A DNA stretch of 64,000 nt. Origin: an uncultured Acidobacteriota bacterium (GTDB taxonomy: Bacteria > Acidobacteriota > Blastocatellia > RBC074). The notes beneath the pieces are model-generated. The model saw nothing but the letters and a program-made list of their open reading frames with translations. It was not told the origin of the DNA and searched no databases. The stretch lies in contig CAWCKY010000003.1 of NCBI GenBank assembly GCA_963796275.1, positions 1,504,001-1,568,000 on the forward strand. The letters run 5' to 3'. Position numbers and translations under genes: made by a program. Below are positions 34,866-43,503 of this stretch, piece after piece (the first letter of the stretch is position 1; the number at the start of each line of letters is the position of its first letter).

Positions 34866-35759
34866 TTACTGAGTTAACGTGCGGAAGGTATATTTGGCAA
34901 CATGCACATGGCGCCCTTGTGCTGTGAGCCCTTCGAGAGTCAATAAGTAATTATTGGGCTTTAATAGGCTGGTATTGAAACTGAGGGCTAGCATATCCTC
35001 GGAGCTCGGTTTCAGTCCGCTTCTGCTCCATATGCTTTGGCCTTCGGCCATCGAGAGGCTGGCGCGGTAAGATTGAAGATTTGGGTTAGGCTCTAGTTCA
35101 AGCAGGAGAAAGATTGACTTAGATGTGGGCGAGAGCGTGATTCTATTGACCGGTTGGGATGAGTCGATGCCACCGCCTCTCGCGAGGCTCAGAGCGAAGA
35201 CTGGTATTTCGGCCTGGGACCCCGCGGCTTTTTTCAATTCATTGGCCAAGCGCGAGCGCTCGACTCGTTCGCGTTCGAGCTGAGCGGCAAGCGTGTCTTT
35301 CTGCGCGGACAATTGCCGCTCGCGATACTGTATCTCATTTGTTATGTCGCGAGCCGCTTGCTCTCTCGCTTCATACTTGCGCTGCAGCTCCGAGGAACTC
35401 TGTTTGGCCTGAGCCAGTTCGCGGTGCGCGCTTCTCCATTCCCGGATCAGTAGAGCCACTGGCAGCGCGATCGCGAGCGTTACGCCCGCTAGCAAGGCCG
35501 CTCGACGCGCGCGGCTCAACCGCGCGACCCAAACTAACAGCCCTCCCACCCCAATCTGAAGATCGGTGCGCGCCCTCAATGCCTCTTCTGTCGCGATGGT
35601 CCCGAGCCCGGTGCGCAGGTCATCGGTCATCTCCAGTCGGTCAAGGCATTGCGTACAATCCACGAAGTGATCTTCGAAGCTCATCCGCTCTTCAGTGGAT
35701 AGCTTGCCCGACAGGTAGCGGTCGGTAATATTGTGTTCTTCTATGTACGAATGTTCCAT
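34866..35759 (-). CDS. Zinc-binding (ZAS, HxxxCxxC) transmembrane anti-sigma factor with coiled coil and periplasmic Ig-like C-terminus
   Basis: RYLSGKLS..FEDHFVDCTQC, a single TM, a coiled coil; directly follows the ECF sigma gene. Confidence 0.85.
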   Translation of the reverse strand: MEHSYIEEHNITDRYLSGKLSTEERMSFEDHFVDCTQCLDRLEMTDDLRTGLGTIATEEALRARTDLQIGVGGLLVWVARLSRARRAALLAGVTLAIALPVALLIREWRSAHRELAQAKQSSSELQRKYEAREQAARDITNEIQYRERQLSAQKDTLAAQLERERVERSRLANELKKAAGSQAEIPVFALSLARGGGIDSSQPVNRITLSPTSKSIFLLLELEPNPNLQSYRASLSMAEGQSIWSRSGLKPSSEDMLALSFNTSLLKPNNYLLTLEGLTAQGRHVHVAKYTFRTLTQ

Positions 35760-35815
35760 CGATCTCTCGGACTGCGATTGACCCTATCGGATATCCTCAA
35801 GAGTTTTATATGTAT

Positions 35816-35844
35816 AAAGTGTAACCATTCGTCTCAAAATTTCA
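35816..35844 (-). promoter_or_regulatory. Candidate ECF sigma promoter, copy A, upstream of the anti-sigma gene
   Basis: TGAAATT-ttgagacgaatggtta-CACTTT; the TGA is the sigma stop codon. Confidence 0.7.
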
Positions 35845-36516
35845 TTGCCCGGCAAAAAAGGAAACAAAAAAGGCAAAAAGAGAAAAAATCCCGGGCCCTT
35901 TGTCTTTTGCCTCATTTTGTTCCTCTTTGCCTTTTTTATCTCCTGTTGCACGCACATAGAGTTCTCTGTAACGTTCTCGCGCACGATGGAGCACGAGATT
36001 AAATTGCGGGCCGGTCAATCCGTGATCCGCACATATTTTTTCCTTCTCTTCTCCGGTGATATAGAACCGGAAGAGCACCTGGACATCACGCTGGTTGGGC
36101 ATCTCCTTGAGAACTTGGCGGACGAGTTCGGCTTTCTCTTTCCGCAGCAACAGCTCGAGCTGATTGGGTGCGGGATGGGGAAGAGATGTTGTTTCTTCGG
36201 TTAGAGTCATAATCTCCCGCCGCGCGGCACGCCGGAAGTACTCGATGACCAGGTTTCTGGCCACGCCGCAGACGAACCCGGACAGCTTCTCCGGCTCTCT
36301 GAGGTCTCCCCGCCGGATCTTTTCCAGGACGAGGCAGAAGGTCTCCTGGTAGAGGTCATCAGCGATGGCGGAGCCGCCGACCTCCCGGCGAATGATGACT
36401 CTGACGCCGCGATTGTAACGCTCAACCAGTTCTGCCTCGGCTTGCCGATCGCCGGCCCTGATGCGGCTGACGAGATCAGCTCCACTGCCTGCCTGGTTTA
36501 TGGCTAGAGTTTCCAC
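35842..36516 (-). CDS. ECF RNA polymerase sigma factor
   Basis: Region 2 (AGDRQAEAELVERY, ADDLYQETF, GFVCGVARN) and region 4 (KEKICADHGLT..FNLVLHRARERYRE). Confidence 0.92.
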   Translation of the reverse strand: METLAINQAGSGADLVSRIRAGDRQAEAELVERYNRGVRVIIRREVGGSAIADDLYQETFCLVLEKIRRGDLREPEKLSGFVCGVARNLVIEYFRRAARREIMTLTEETTSLPHPAPNQLELLLRKEKAELVRQVLKEMPNQRDVQVLFRFYITGEEKEKICADHGLTGPQFNLVLHRARERYRELYVRATGDKKGKEEQNEAKDKGPGIFSLFAFFVSFFAGQ

Positions 36517-36537
36517 ATTCCATTCTCCGGCGACTGG

Positions 36538-39500
36538 TTACCGTTTGCCATCCAGGTTGGCCCATTCACCGACCTGAATGAAGCCTGCCCAATAGTACGG
36601 ATGCCGCGGCTTGGCCTCCTTCAGCATCTCTAGTTGTATTTGCCTCAATGCTTCACCTCGCCCTTCCCCTTTCATCAATCTCCTGTAATAACCCGCCATC
36701 AATCTCCTCGTCTCCCTATCCGACACCGGCCACAAACTCATCACCTGCGTTTGCGATCCCGCCAGCACTAGCGCGCGCCTCAGACCATAGACGCCTTCAC
36801 CGTTCTTGACTTTGCCCACTCCGGTGTCGCAGGCGGAGAGCACTACAAGTTTCGTACCCCAGAGGTCGAGACTGGCTGCCTCCAAGGCGGTCAGCAGACC
36901 ATCATCATCGCTGCCCCGGTGTTGGTTGACTCCGGCCAGGGCTAATCCGGAGCGCACCAGTGGGTTCTCGATCTTGGCAGCCCACTTCATCAGGCGCGGA
37001 TCGGAGATGCGCAGGGGATTGCCGGTGAAGAGGCTCCCGGGATCTGATGGCGGGATCTCCTGATCTTCAAGGAAGAAGCCGTGAGTTGCGATGTGAAGGA
37101 CGCTGGGTGCGTGTGCCTCTTTGAGGGCGGCCTCGGTGGCTTCATCTCGCAGCAGCAGCGATGCCTCTGGAAGTACGGCTTTGATGGCCAGGGCTTCACG
37201 CCTTGTGCCCGGCAGTCCCTGGAAGAAGACCGCTCTTGGATCAATGCGCGCCGCTGCTTCGTCGCTGGGCTGATCTCCGGCTGGCGAATCTGCCGGATTT
37301 TGATCAAGCGGCGTGGCGGCGGCGGTCTCGCCTGTGCCGAAGAGAGGATTGGCCAGGACGAGTGGAGCGCTCTTGCTCGGCTCAGAGGTTTGGAGACTCA
37401 GCAGGTCACGGCCGCTGGTGAGATAGGTGATGGAATAGCGTTCGACCAGATACCTGTTCCGTTCATCGACCAGAGCGGCAAAAGGAATGAGGTTGAGCGA
37501 GCCATCGGGAGCGATCAGCAGGCGGCGCGTGTCGCCTGGCAATTGGGCCAGGAGCGAGCGTACAGGGCGCATGACTCTCTCATCGAGGGCGCGTGCGAGT
37601 TGGTTGACGTCAGTGCGGTTTGAATCGCGCAAGGCTTTGCGCCAGGCGTTTATCACGCGGTCGGTTGGGGCGGCTTCGCCCAGGTCAATCCATTTCGGCC
37701 GACCTTGCGTTGGTAGCAGATAGACGATGTAGTGCGGCGTGCTGCTCTTGTCGGTCTTTGGATCAAGCGGCGAATGGACGGCGAACTCGACCAAGGCGCT
37801 GTTTGCGGGGAGAGCAGCCTGGACAGCGGCGAGCGTGACTAGCTGGGTGTGCGTGCGAAACTCGGCGCTGCGAGAGCTGAGCTCCGCTTCTAGTTTATCA
37901 ACCTCGTCTTCGAGCGCATCGAGTCGTGTCTGGTGGATTTCAGTCTTAGCCGCGTCTGACTCTTTGAGTGTGAGTGCTGCCAACCGCGAGCGGGCATCAG
38001 AGAGTTTACCGAAGAGCTCTTGATCTTGTGGTGTAGCGTGGCGGCGCAGCGCAGTGATCGAATCGGTCATCGCATCGAGACTGCGGCCTTTCCGGCGCAG
38101 CAAGGTCGTGAAAGCAAGATTGAGCGCCTTAGGATCGTTGGGCGCCGCATGACTCTGAAGCGAGAGTGTGAAATCGGTCCCTTTAGAGAAGAGAGACAGG
38201 TAAGCAAGTTTCTGGCGTTCTGAGCCGATGGCGAGATTGAGCCCGAAGTTGCGTTCTACGATAGCGTTCGCGCGTGACAGAAATGTAACGGCCTGAGCGA
38301 CATCACCTTTTGCCGCGTAAAGCACAGCGAGATTGCTGAGATACTCAGCGATATCTGGGTTCTCTGCTCCCAACGCACCCTCTCCAATGGCCAGTGCGCG
38401 CTCGTAGAGTGGCTGTGCCTTATCGTAAGCGCCTATCTTGCGGTAGAGACTGGCCAGATTATTGAGAGAGCGCGCGAGATAGGGGTGTTCCAGCCCAAGG
38501 GTTTTCTCTCGAATGGCGAGCGCGCGTTGAAAGAGTGGCTGTGCCTTTGCATAGTCGCCTCTCTCGTAGTAAAGGGTTGCGAGAAGGTTGAGGGTGCTAG
38601 CGACATTGGGATGTTCTAGCCCCAGAACTTTTTCCCGGATGGCCAGTGCGCGTTGAAAGAGCGGCTCCGCCCTCGCATGGTCGCCTCTATTGCTGTGGGT
38701 GATGGCAATATTGTTGAGAGAAGCAGCGACATCAGGGTGTTCCGGTCCCAGCGCTTTCGTCCTGATGGCCAGGGTGCGCCGATAAAAAGATTCTGCCTTT
38801 GGATAGTCGCCTCTTTCCGCGTAGAGGTTGGCAAGGTTGTTGAGAGAAGCAACGACATCAGGGTGTTCCGGTCTTAGCGCTTTCGTCCTGATGGTCAGGG
38901 CGCGCCGATAAAAAGATTCTGCCTTTGGATAGTCTCCTCTTTCCATGTAGAGGTCGGCAAGGTTGCTGAGAGCATAGGCAACATCGGGGTGTTCTGGCCC
39001 CAGTACTTTCTCCCCGATGGTTAATGCACGTTGATAGAACGGCTCCGCCTTTGCATAATAGCCTCGCCGTGCGTTGAGGCTGCCAAGGTTGATGAGAGAA
39101 ATACCTACGATGCGATGTTCGGGCCCGAGCGATTTTTCCTGGATCGCTAACGTGCGTTGGTATAATGGTTCCGCCCTCGCGTAATCCCCTCTATTGTTAT
39201 AGATATTACCGAGATTGCTGAGAGAAGTGGCTACGTCTGGGTGTTCGGGACCCAGCATTTTCTCTCTAATAGTCAGCGTTCGTTGATAGAGCAGCTCTGC
39301 CCTCGCGTAATCACCCTTTTGGTAGTAGATGAGGGCTAGATTGTTGAGAGCATTAGTGACATCGGGATGTTCCGATCCCAAAACCCTTTCACAAATTTCT
39401 AGCACACGTTCAACTAATGGGCGCGCTTCGTCATACTTACCCGCCTGATACAGCTGGACGAACGCTGTACTTAGCTTACGTGCTTCATGCAAAGCGCGAT

Positions 39501-40011
39501 CAGTCTCTGTCGCAATGCGCAACTCTACCACTTGAATCTCGTATCGTCCGACCATTGCGCTCTTATATTTCGCCATCACGTCCAGCCGATAGCTGCCCGC
39601 CTCATCCGCCACCAATGACGCAAACTCTCGTCCCTGCGGCCTGGCTTCTCCATCAAATTCTGTCATCTGTTTGCCATCCGGTCCAAACAGCTTCACTACT
39701 ACATCGATGCCGCGTTGTTCAATCACCAGCTTGGCATATTGACCGGGAACAAGCGTCAGCTGATAAGAATGAGCCTGATCTTCAATCAACTCTCGTTCAA
39801 TTGATTGGCCCGGTTCGAACAGTCGAGCCTGCTGATTCTCCTGTGCTGGGATGATCACACTTGCGTAGAGTTTTGCTTCTTTGCTGGAGTAGAGCGTATC
39901 AGGAGATGCTTGGATATCAACGAAGGGCACGCTGATGGATAGGACTAGACTGCAATAGAAAGCCCAGTTACAAAACATACTTTGGATTGATCTTGGGACT
40001 GGGCGAACCAT
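36538..40011 (-). CDS. Secreted PPC-like + TPR (about 9 repeats) + CHAT protease
   Basis: Start 40011 after GGAGGT; signal-like N-terminus; 42-aa LGPEHPDVAxSLNNLA TPR units; LHIATHGFF and VVLSACDTG catalytic motifs; HPYYWAGF end. Confidence 0.92.
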   Translation of the reverse strand: MVRPVPRSIQSMFCNWAFYCSLVLSISVPFVDIQASPDTLYSSKEAKLYASVIIPAQENQQARLFEPGQSIERELIEDQAHSYQLTLVPGQYAKLVIEQRGIDVVVKLFGPDGKQMTEFDGEARPQGREFASLVADEAGSYRLDVMAKYKSAMVGRYEIQVVELRIATETDRALHEARKLSTAFVQLYQAGKYDEARPLVERVLEICERVLGSEHPDVTNALNNLALIYYQKGDYARAELLYQRTLTIREKMLGPEHPDVATSLSNLGNIYNNRGDYARAEPLYQRTLAIQEKSLGPEHRIVGISLINLGSLNARRGYYAKAEPFYQRALTIGEKVLGPEHPDVAYALSNLADLYMERGDYPKAESFYRRALTIRTKALRPEHPDVVASLNNLANLYAERGDYPKAESFYRRTLAIRTKALGPEHPDVAASLNNIAITHSNRGDHARAEPLFQRALAIREKVLGLEHPNVASTLNLLATLYYERGDYAKAQPLFQRALAIREKTLGLEHPYLARSLNNLASLYRKIGAYDKAQPLYERALAIGEGALGAENPDIAEYLSNLAVLYAAKGDVAQAVTFLSRANAIVERNFGLNLAIGSERQKLAYLSLFSKGTDFTLSLQSHAAPNDPKALNLAFTTLLRRKGRSLDAMTDSITALRRHATPQDQELFGKLSDARSRLAALTLKESDAAKTEIHQTRLDALEDEVDKLEAELSSRSAEFRTHTQLVTLAAVQAALPANSALVEFAVHSPLDPKTDKSSTPHYIVYLLPTQGRPKWIDLGEAAPTDRVINAWRKALRDSNRTDVNQLARALDERVMRPVRSLLAQLPGDTRRLLIAPDGSLNLIPFAALVDERNRYLVERYSITYLTSGRDLLSLQTSEPSKSAPLVLANPLFGTGETAAATPLDQNPADSPAGDQPSDEAAARIDPRAVFFQGLPGTRREALAIKAVLPEASLLLRDEATEAALKEAHAPSVLHIATHGFFLEDQEIPPSDPGSLFTGNPLRISDPRLMKWAAKIENPLVRSGLALAGVNQHRGSDDDGLLTALEAASLDLWGTKLVVLSACDTGVGKVKNGEGVYGLRRALVLAGSQTQVMSLWPVSDRETRRLMAGYYRRLMKGEGRGEALRQIQLEMLKEAKPRHPYYWAGFIQVGEWANLDGKR
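38711..38962. repeat. Near-identical tandem 126-bp TPR units
   Basis: Units starting at 38711 and 38837 share long identical runs such as GCGCCGATAAAAAGATTCTGCCTTTGGATAGTC. Confidence 0.85.
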
Positions 40012-40443
40012 TCCGATACCTCCGTTATAGCTAAGGTTGATGTAACCGTCCATCTGGTTTAAGGCCAAGACCGCAAGGAGCTAAAGCGACCTCAAGTTGA
40101 CGTTACTTAAGATCACCAGCTGTCAAACGGCACTGTCAAACGGCTGGCCTATTTCCCCTGCGTGAAAGCCCGATGAGTATGTGTCGGGCTGAACCCTATT
40201 AACCGGGATACCTAACCAATAGAGTCCTCTGATATTTGTTTTGCATCTGCATGCGCGGGGCGGCGAATACGCTTGGGGAATGCAACTCGGGGGCTTCATT
40301 ATAGATTGGAGCTTGGAGCTGGCAATATACCTTGATAGAAACTTGAAGGTAAAGGGGGCTGAATCATCCCGGCTACCTCTTAAAGTGACGTTAAATTTCC
40401 GGCTCAGGTAGGCTTCGGTAACTTTAATAAATTTCCTCGATGC

Positions 40444-43131
40444 TTACCTTTTGCCGTCCAGGTTGGCCCATTCGCCGGACTGAATGAATGCCGCCCAGTA
40501 AAAGGGATGCCGCAAGTCCTTTCGATCACGCAGTATCCGCAACTGCGCTTGTCTCAGTCCCTCACTTCGTGCTTGTCCTTGCTGGAGTGCCCTGTAATAT
40601 GGGATCAGAAGTTCTTTCGTCGATTCATCCGAGATTGGCCAGAGGCTCATGACCTGGCTCTCTGACCCAGCTAGCACGAGCGCGCGCCGCAATTCTTGCA
40701 TGGCTGGGCCGCTTTTCACCTCACCAACACCTGTATCGCATCTCGACAGGACAACCAGTTTTGTACCCGATAAGTCCAGATAGGCGGCTTCCATCGCTGT
40801 CAGCAGACCGTTATCATCTCCGCTTTTGCTCTGGTTGGCTCCCGCCAACGCGATGCCCGAGCGCCGCAGAGGATTGGATCCCTGGGCCGCTAACTTGCTG
40901 AGCCTCAGATTGGGGGACTCCTCCGTGACAGGTAGAGAGTCGGCAGGCGGCTCGTAGCGCGCAACGAAGAATTCAGTGACGACGCCCTTCTCCTGCAGAT
41001 CGGCGCCGTACTTGTTCGCTTCGGCGCTGCTCGAAAAAGTTCCGGCGCGCACGCGAAAGAAATCCCCTTTGCCCTTCACGCTGCTTTTGACAATGTATGC
41101 TTCCACGCCCCGCGCTTTGAGCCGCTCGACCTTCTCGTTCGCAGTTTCGAAAGCCGGGGTTGCCTCAAACTGAACAGTGAATGGTTTTGGCTGTGGAACT
41201 TCGGAATTTCCAGGTGAACCGACGCGCAATGGGCCGAACTCGGCAGTTGCAGAATCTTGATTGTCGAGGAAGAAGCCGTGGGTCGCGATATGGAGAATGC
41301 GCGGACCGCGGGCCTGTTTGAGAGCCGTCTCGGTCGCGCCTTCCCGCTGCAGAATCGATGCTGCCGGGAACATTTCTTTGATCGCCAGCGTTTCGCGGCT
41401 CGTGTCAGGCAGAGGGGGGACAAATGTCTGCGCCGGATCTATTCGTTCCAGCGCTTGCTTATCGCCAGGCGGTTTTGCGTTGTTGCGATCTCGTTGTTCG
41501 GCGATGGTGGCGGAACTGCCGAAGTCGGGGTTGCCCACCACAAGCGGAGGGCTCTTGCTCGGTTGCGAAGTTTGCAGCCGCAGCAGATCACGTCCGGTGG
41601 TGAGGTAACTGATCGTGTAGCTCTCGATCAGATACCGGTTCTGTTCATCGAGCAGAGCAGCGAACGGGATAAGATTGAGCGAACCATCAGGGGCAATCAG
41701 CAGACGACGCGTATTGCCAAGTAACGCGCGCACAGGTTGCATCACTTTCTCGTCCAATGCGCGCGCGAGACGGTCGATGCCCGGCCGGTTTGGGCTGCGC
41801 ATCGCATCGCGCCAGAGATGCACCGCTTGATCGATCGCCGCTGCTTCGCCGAGGTCTATCCGCTCAGCTTTACCTCGCGTTGCGAGAAGATAGGCGAGAT
41901 AGCGCGGCGGCATGCTTTTCCCACTCTTTGGATCCACCGGTGTGAAGTAAGCGAATTCGACCAGAGCGCTGTCGGAAGGGAGCTCGGCCTGGATGGCGTC
42001 GAGTGTGGCCGGCTGCATGTTCGCGCGGAATCCGGCGTTGCGCGCGCTGAGCTCTCCTTCGATCTCACTAACCTTAGCTTCGAGAGGCTTAATCAGTTTG
42101 CGAAAACTCTCGGAACTGTACGCGTCCGGCTCTTTAGACCTGAGCTCGGCCAACTGCGAGCGCGCATCGTCGAGTCTATCGACGATATCTTTATCTTGAT
42201 CATACCGCCGGAATGCGGCGAGCGTGTCGATCATCGCATCGAGCCCGCGCACTTTCCGGCGCAACAAGGTCGTAAAAGCCAGATCGAGCGCCTGCTGATT
42301 ATCCGGGGCACTCAGGCTCTGGAGCGATAAAGTCAGGTCTGTACGTCTATTGAATAGATCCAGATAATCAAATTTCCGGCGTTTCGAGCCGGTAGCGAGA
42401 TTCAAGTTGCATTCGTCGATATAGTTGGCGCCCGCCGTAAAGATCATGGCCTGTCCGATATCGCCTTTTGCCGCATAGAGCATGGCGAGCTCGTTGAGAG
42501 CATTACCTGTAACAGGGTGTTCCGTTCCTAGCACCTTTTCACGGATATCTCGCACGCGCCCAATCAATGGGATCGCTTCATCATATTTTCCTGCCAGGAA
42601 TAGTCTGCGGGATCGTGAAACCAGGACGTCGGCTTCATACAAATCGCGTTCATCCTCCTTGGCGGCGCGCAACATAACCGCCTGAATCACATATTGCCCG
42701 GCTGCCGCGTCTTTATTTTTCGCACGCACATCCAGGCGGTAGCTGCCCGACTTTTCCGTGACCCACGAGACGATCTCTTGTCCCTGGATTCTGCTGTCTG
42801 CGTCGAACTCTTTGATCTCCTCGCCGTCCGCTCCGACCAGCTTCACCGCCACGTCGATGCCGCGTTGATCGACCACAGCTCTCACGAATTGACCGGCGAC
42901 GAGATTCATCTGATAAGGATGGGATTGATCCCCAGCCAAATCACGGACTATAGGTTTTCCCGGCATGAGCTGTCTTATCTGCTCGGTTGCCTGCGACGGA
43001 CTGATCACCAAGACGGGAGCCTCTGCATTGTTGGTTATGACATCAGCAGACGCTCGTACCAGAATAAGCGGCAGAATAAGGAATAGTATGAGATTGTATT
43101 TTTGAATTGATCCGGGGAATCGATAAATCAT
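40444..43131 (-). CDS. Secreted PPC-like + short TPR + CHAT protease with an internal SPOR domain
   Basis: Paralog of the neighbouring CHAT gene. LHIATHGFF, then FTVQ..A..A..VERLKARGVEAYIV...FFRVRAGTFSSSAEA (SPOR), then VVLSRCDTG. ATG 43131 is the preferred start. Confidence 0.88.
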   Translation of the reverse strand: MIYRFPGSIQKYNLILFLILPLILVRASADVITNNAEAPVLVISPSQATEQIRQLMPGKPIVRDLAGDQSHPYQMNLVAGQFVRAVVDQRGIDVAVKLVGADGEEIKEFDADSRIQGQEIVSWVTEKSGSYRLDVRAKNKDAAAGQYVIQAVMLRAAKEDERDLYEADVLVSRSRRLFLAGKYDEAIPLIGRVRDIREKVLGTEHPVTGNALNELAMLYAAKGDIGQAMIFTAGANYIDECNLNLATGSKRRKFDYLDLFNRRTDLTLSLQSLSAPDNQQALDLAFTTLLRRKVRGLDAMIDTLAAFRRYDQDKDIVDRLDDARSQLAELRSKEPDAYSSESFRKLIKPLEAKVSEIEGELSARNAGFRANMQPATLDAIQAELPSDSALVEFAYFTPVDPKSGKSMPPRYLAYLLATRGKAERIDLGEAAAIDQAVHLWRDAMRSPNRPGIDRLARALDEKVMQPVRALLGNTRRLLIAPDGSLNLIPFAALLDEQNRYLIESYTISYLTTGRDLLRLQTSQPSKSPPLVVGNPDFGSSATIAEQRDRNNAKPPGDKQALERIDPAQTFVPPLPDTSRETLAIKEMFPAASILQREGATETALKQARGPRILHIATHGFFLDNQDSATAEFGPLRVGSPGNSEVPQPKPFTVQFEATPAFETANEKVERLKARGVEAYIVKSSVKGKGDFFRVRAGTFSSSAEANKYGADLQEKGVVTEFFVARYEPPADSLPVTEESPNLRLSKLAAQGSNPLRRSGIALAGANQSKSGDDNGLLTAMEAAYLDLSGTKLVVLSRCDTGVGEVKSGPAMQELRRALVLAGSESQVMSLWPISDESTKELLIPYYRALQQGQARSEGLRQAQLRILRDRKDLRHPFYWAAFIQSGEWANLDGKR

Positions 43132-43503
43132 ACCGATGACTCCGTCAAAACCGTTGGCCATCCAGGTTCGTCTGGGTGAAACTTTCCGATGCCTCCCAGA
43201 ATGTAAAGTTGACAATCCTTATTTCAGAATTTGATGGAATCGAAAATTACTAATTTCTATCTGTAGACACGGAGCGCAAAACATCAGCGAGAGTGAGAAC
43301 TTGCAGGTTGATAATGAGTCGGGGGTCAGATCGGGGTATAAGGTTACTGCTTTAAAGTAATCGGATCGTCAGTCGAACGTGGTTTCTTTTCTCTTCCAAT
43401 TTGTATATGTTCTTCAAACAAGTGTCAAAATTGCTAAGTCATTATCGTAAGTCGTTTAATCAGAACTGAAGTGGTCCTATAGCAATTAATTTTGAGTAAC
43501 TCC

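Noticed and set aside
40160-40195. Hammerhead-like GAAA / GATGAG hairpin
   Set aside because: It lacks the CUGAUGA core and three-stem arrangement.
36538-43131. Type III-E CRISPR (Craspase) locus
   Set aside because: No gRAMP/Cas7-11, Csx30/31 or array is present, and the CHATs appear exported. The resemblance is only a mechanistic analogy.
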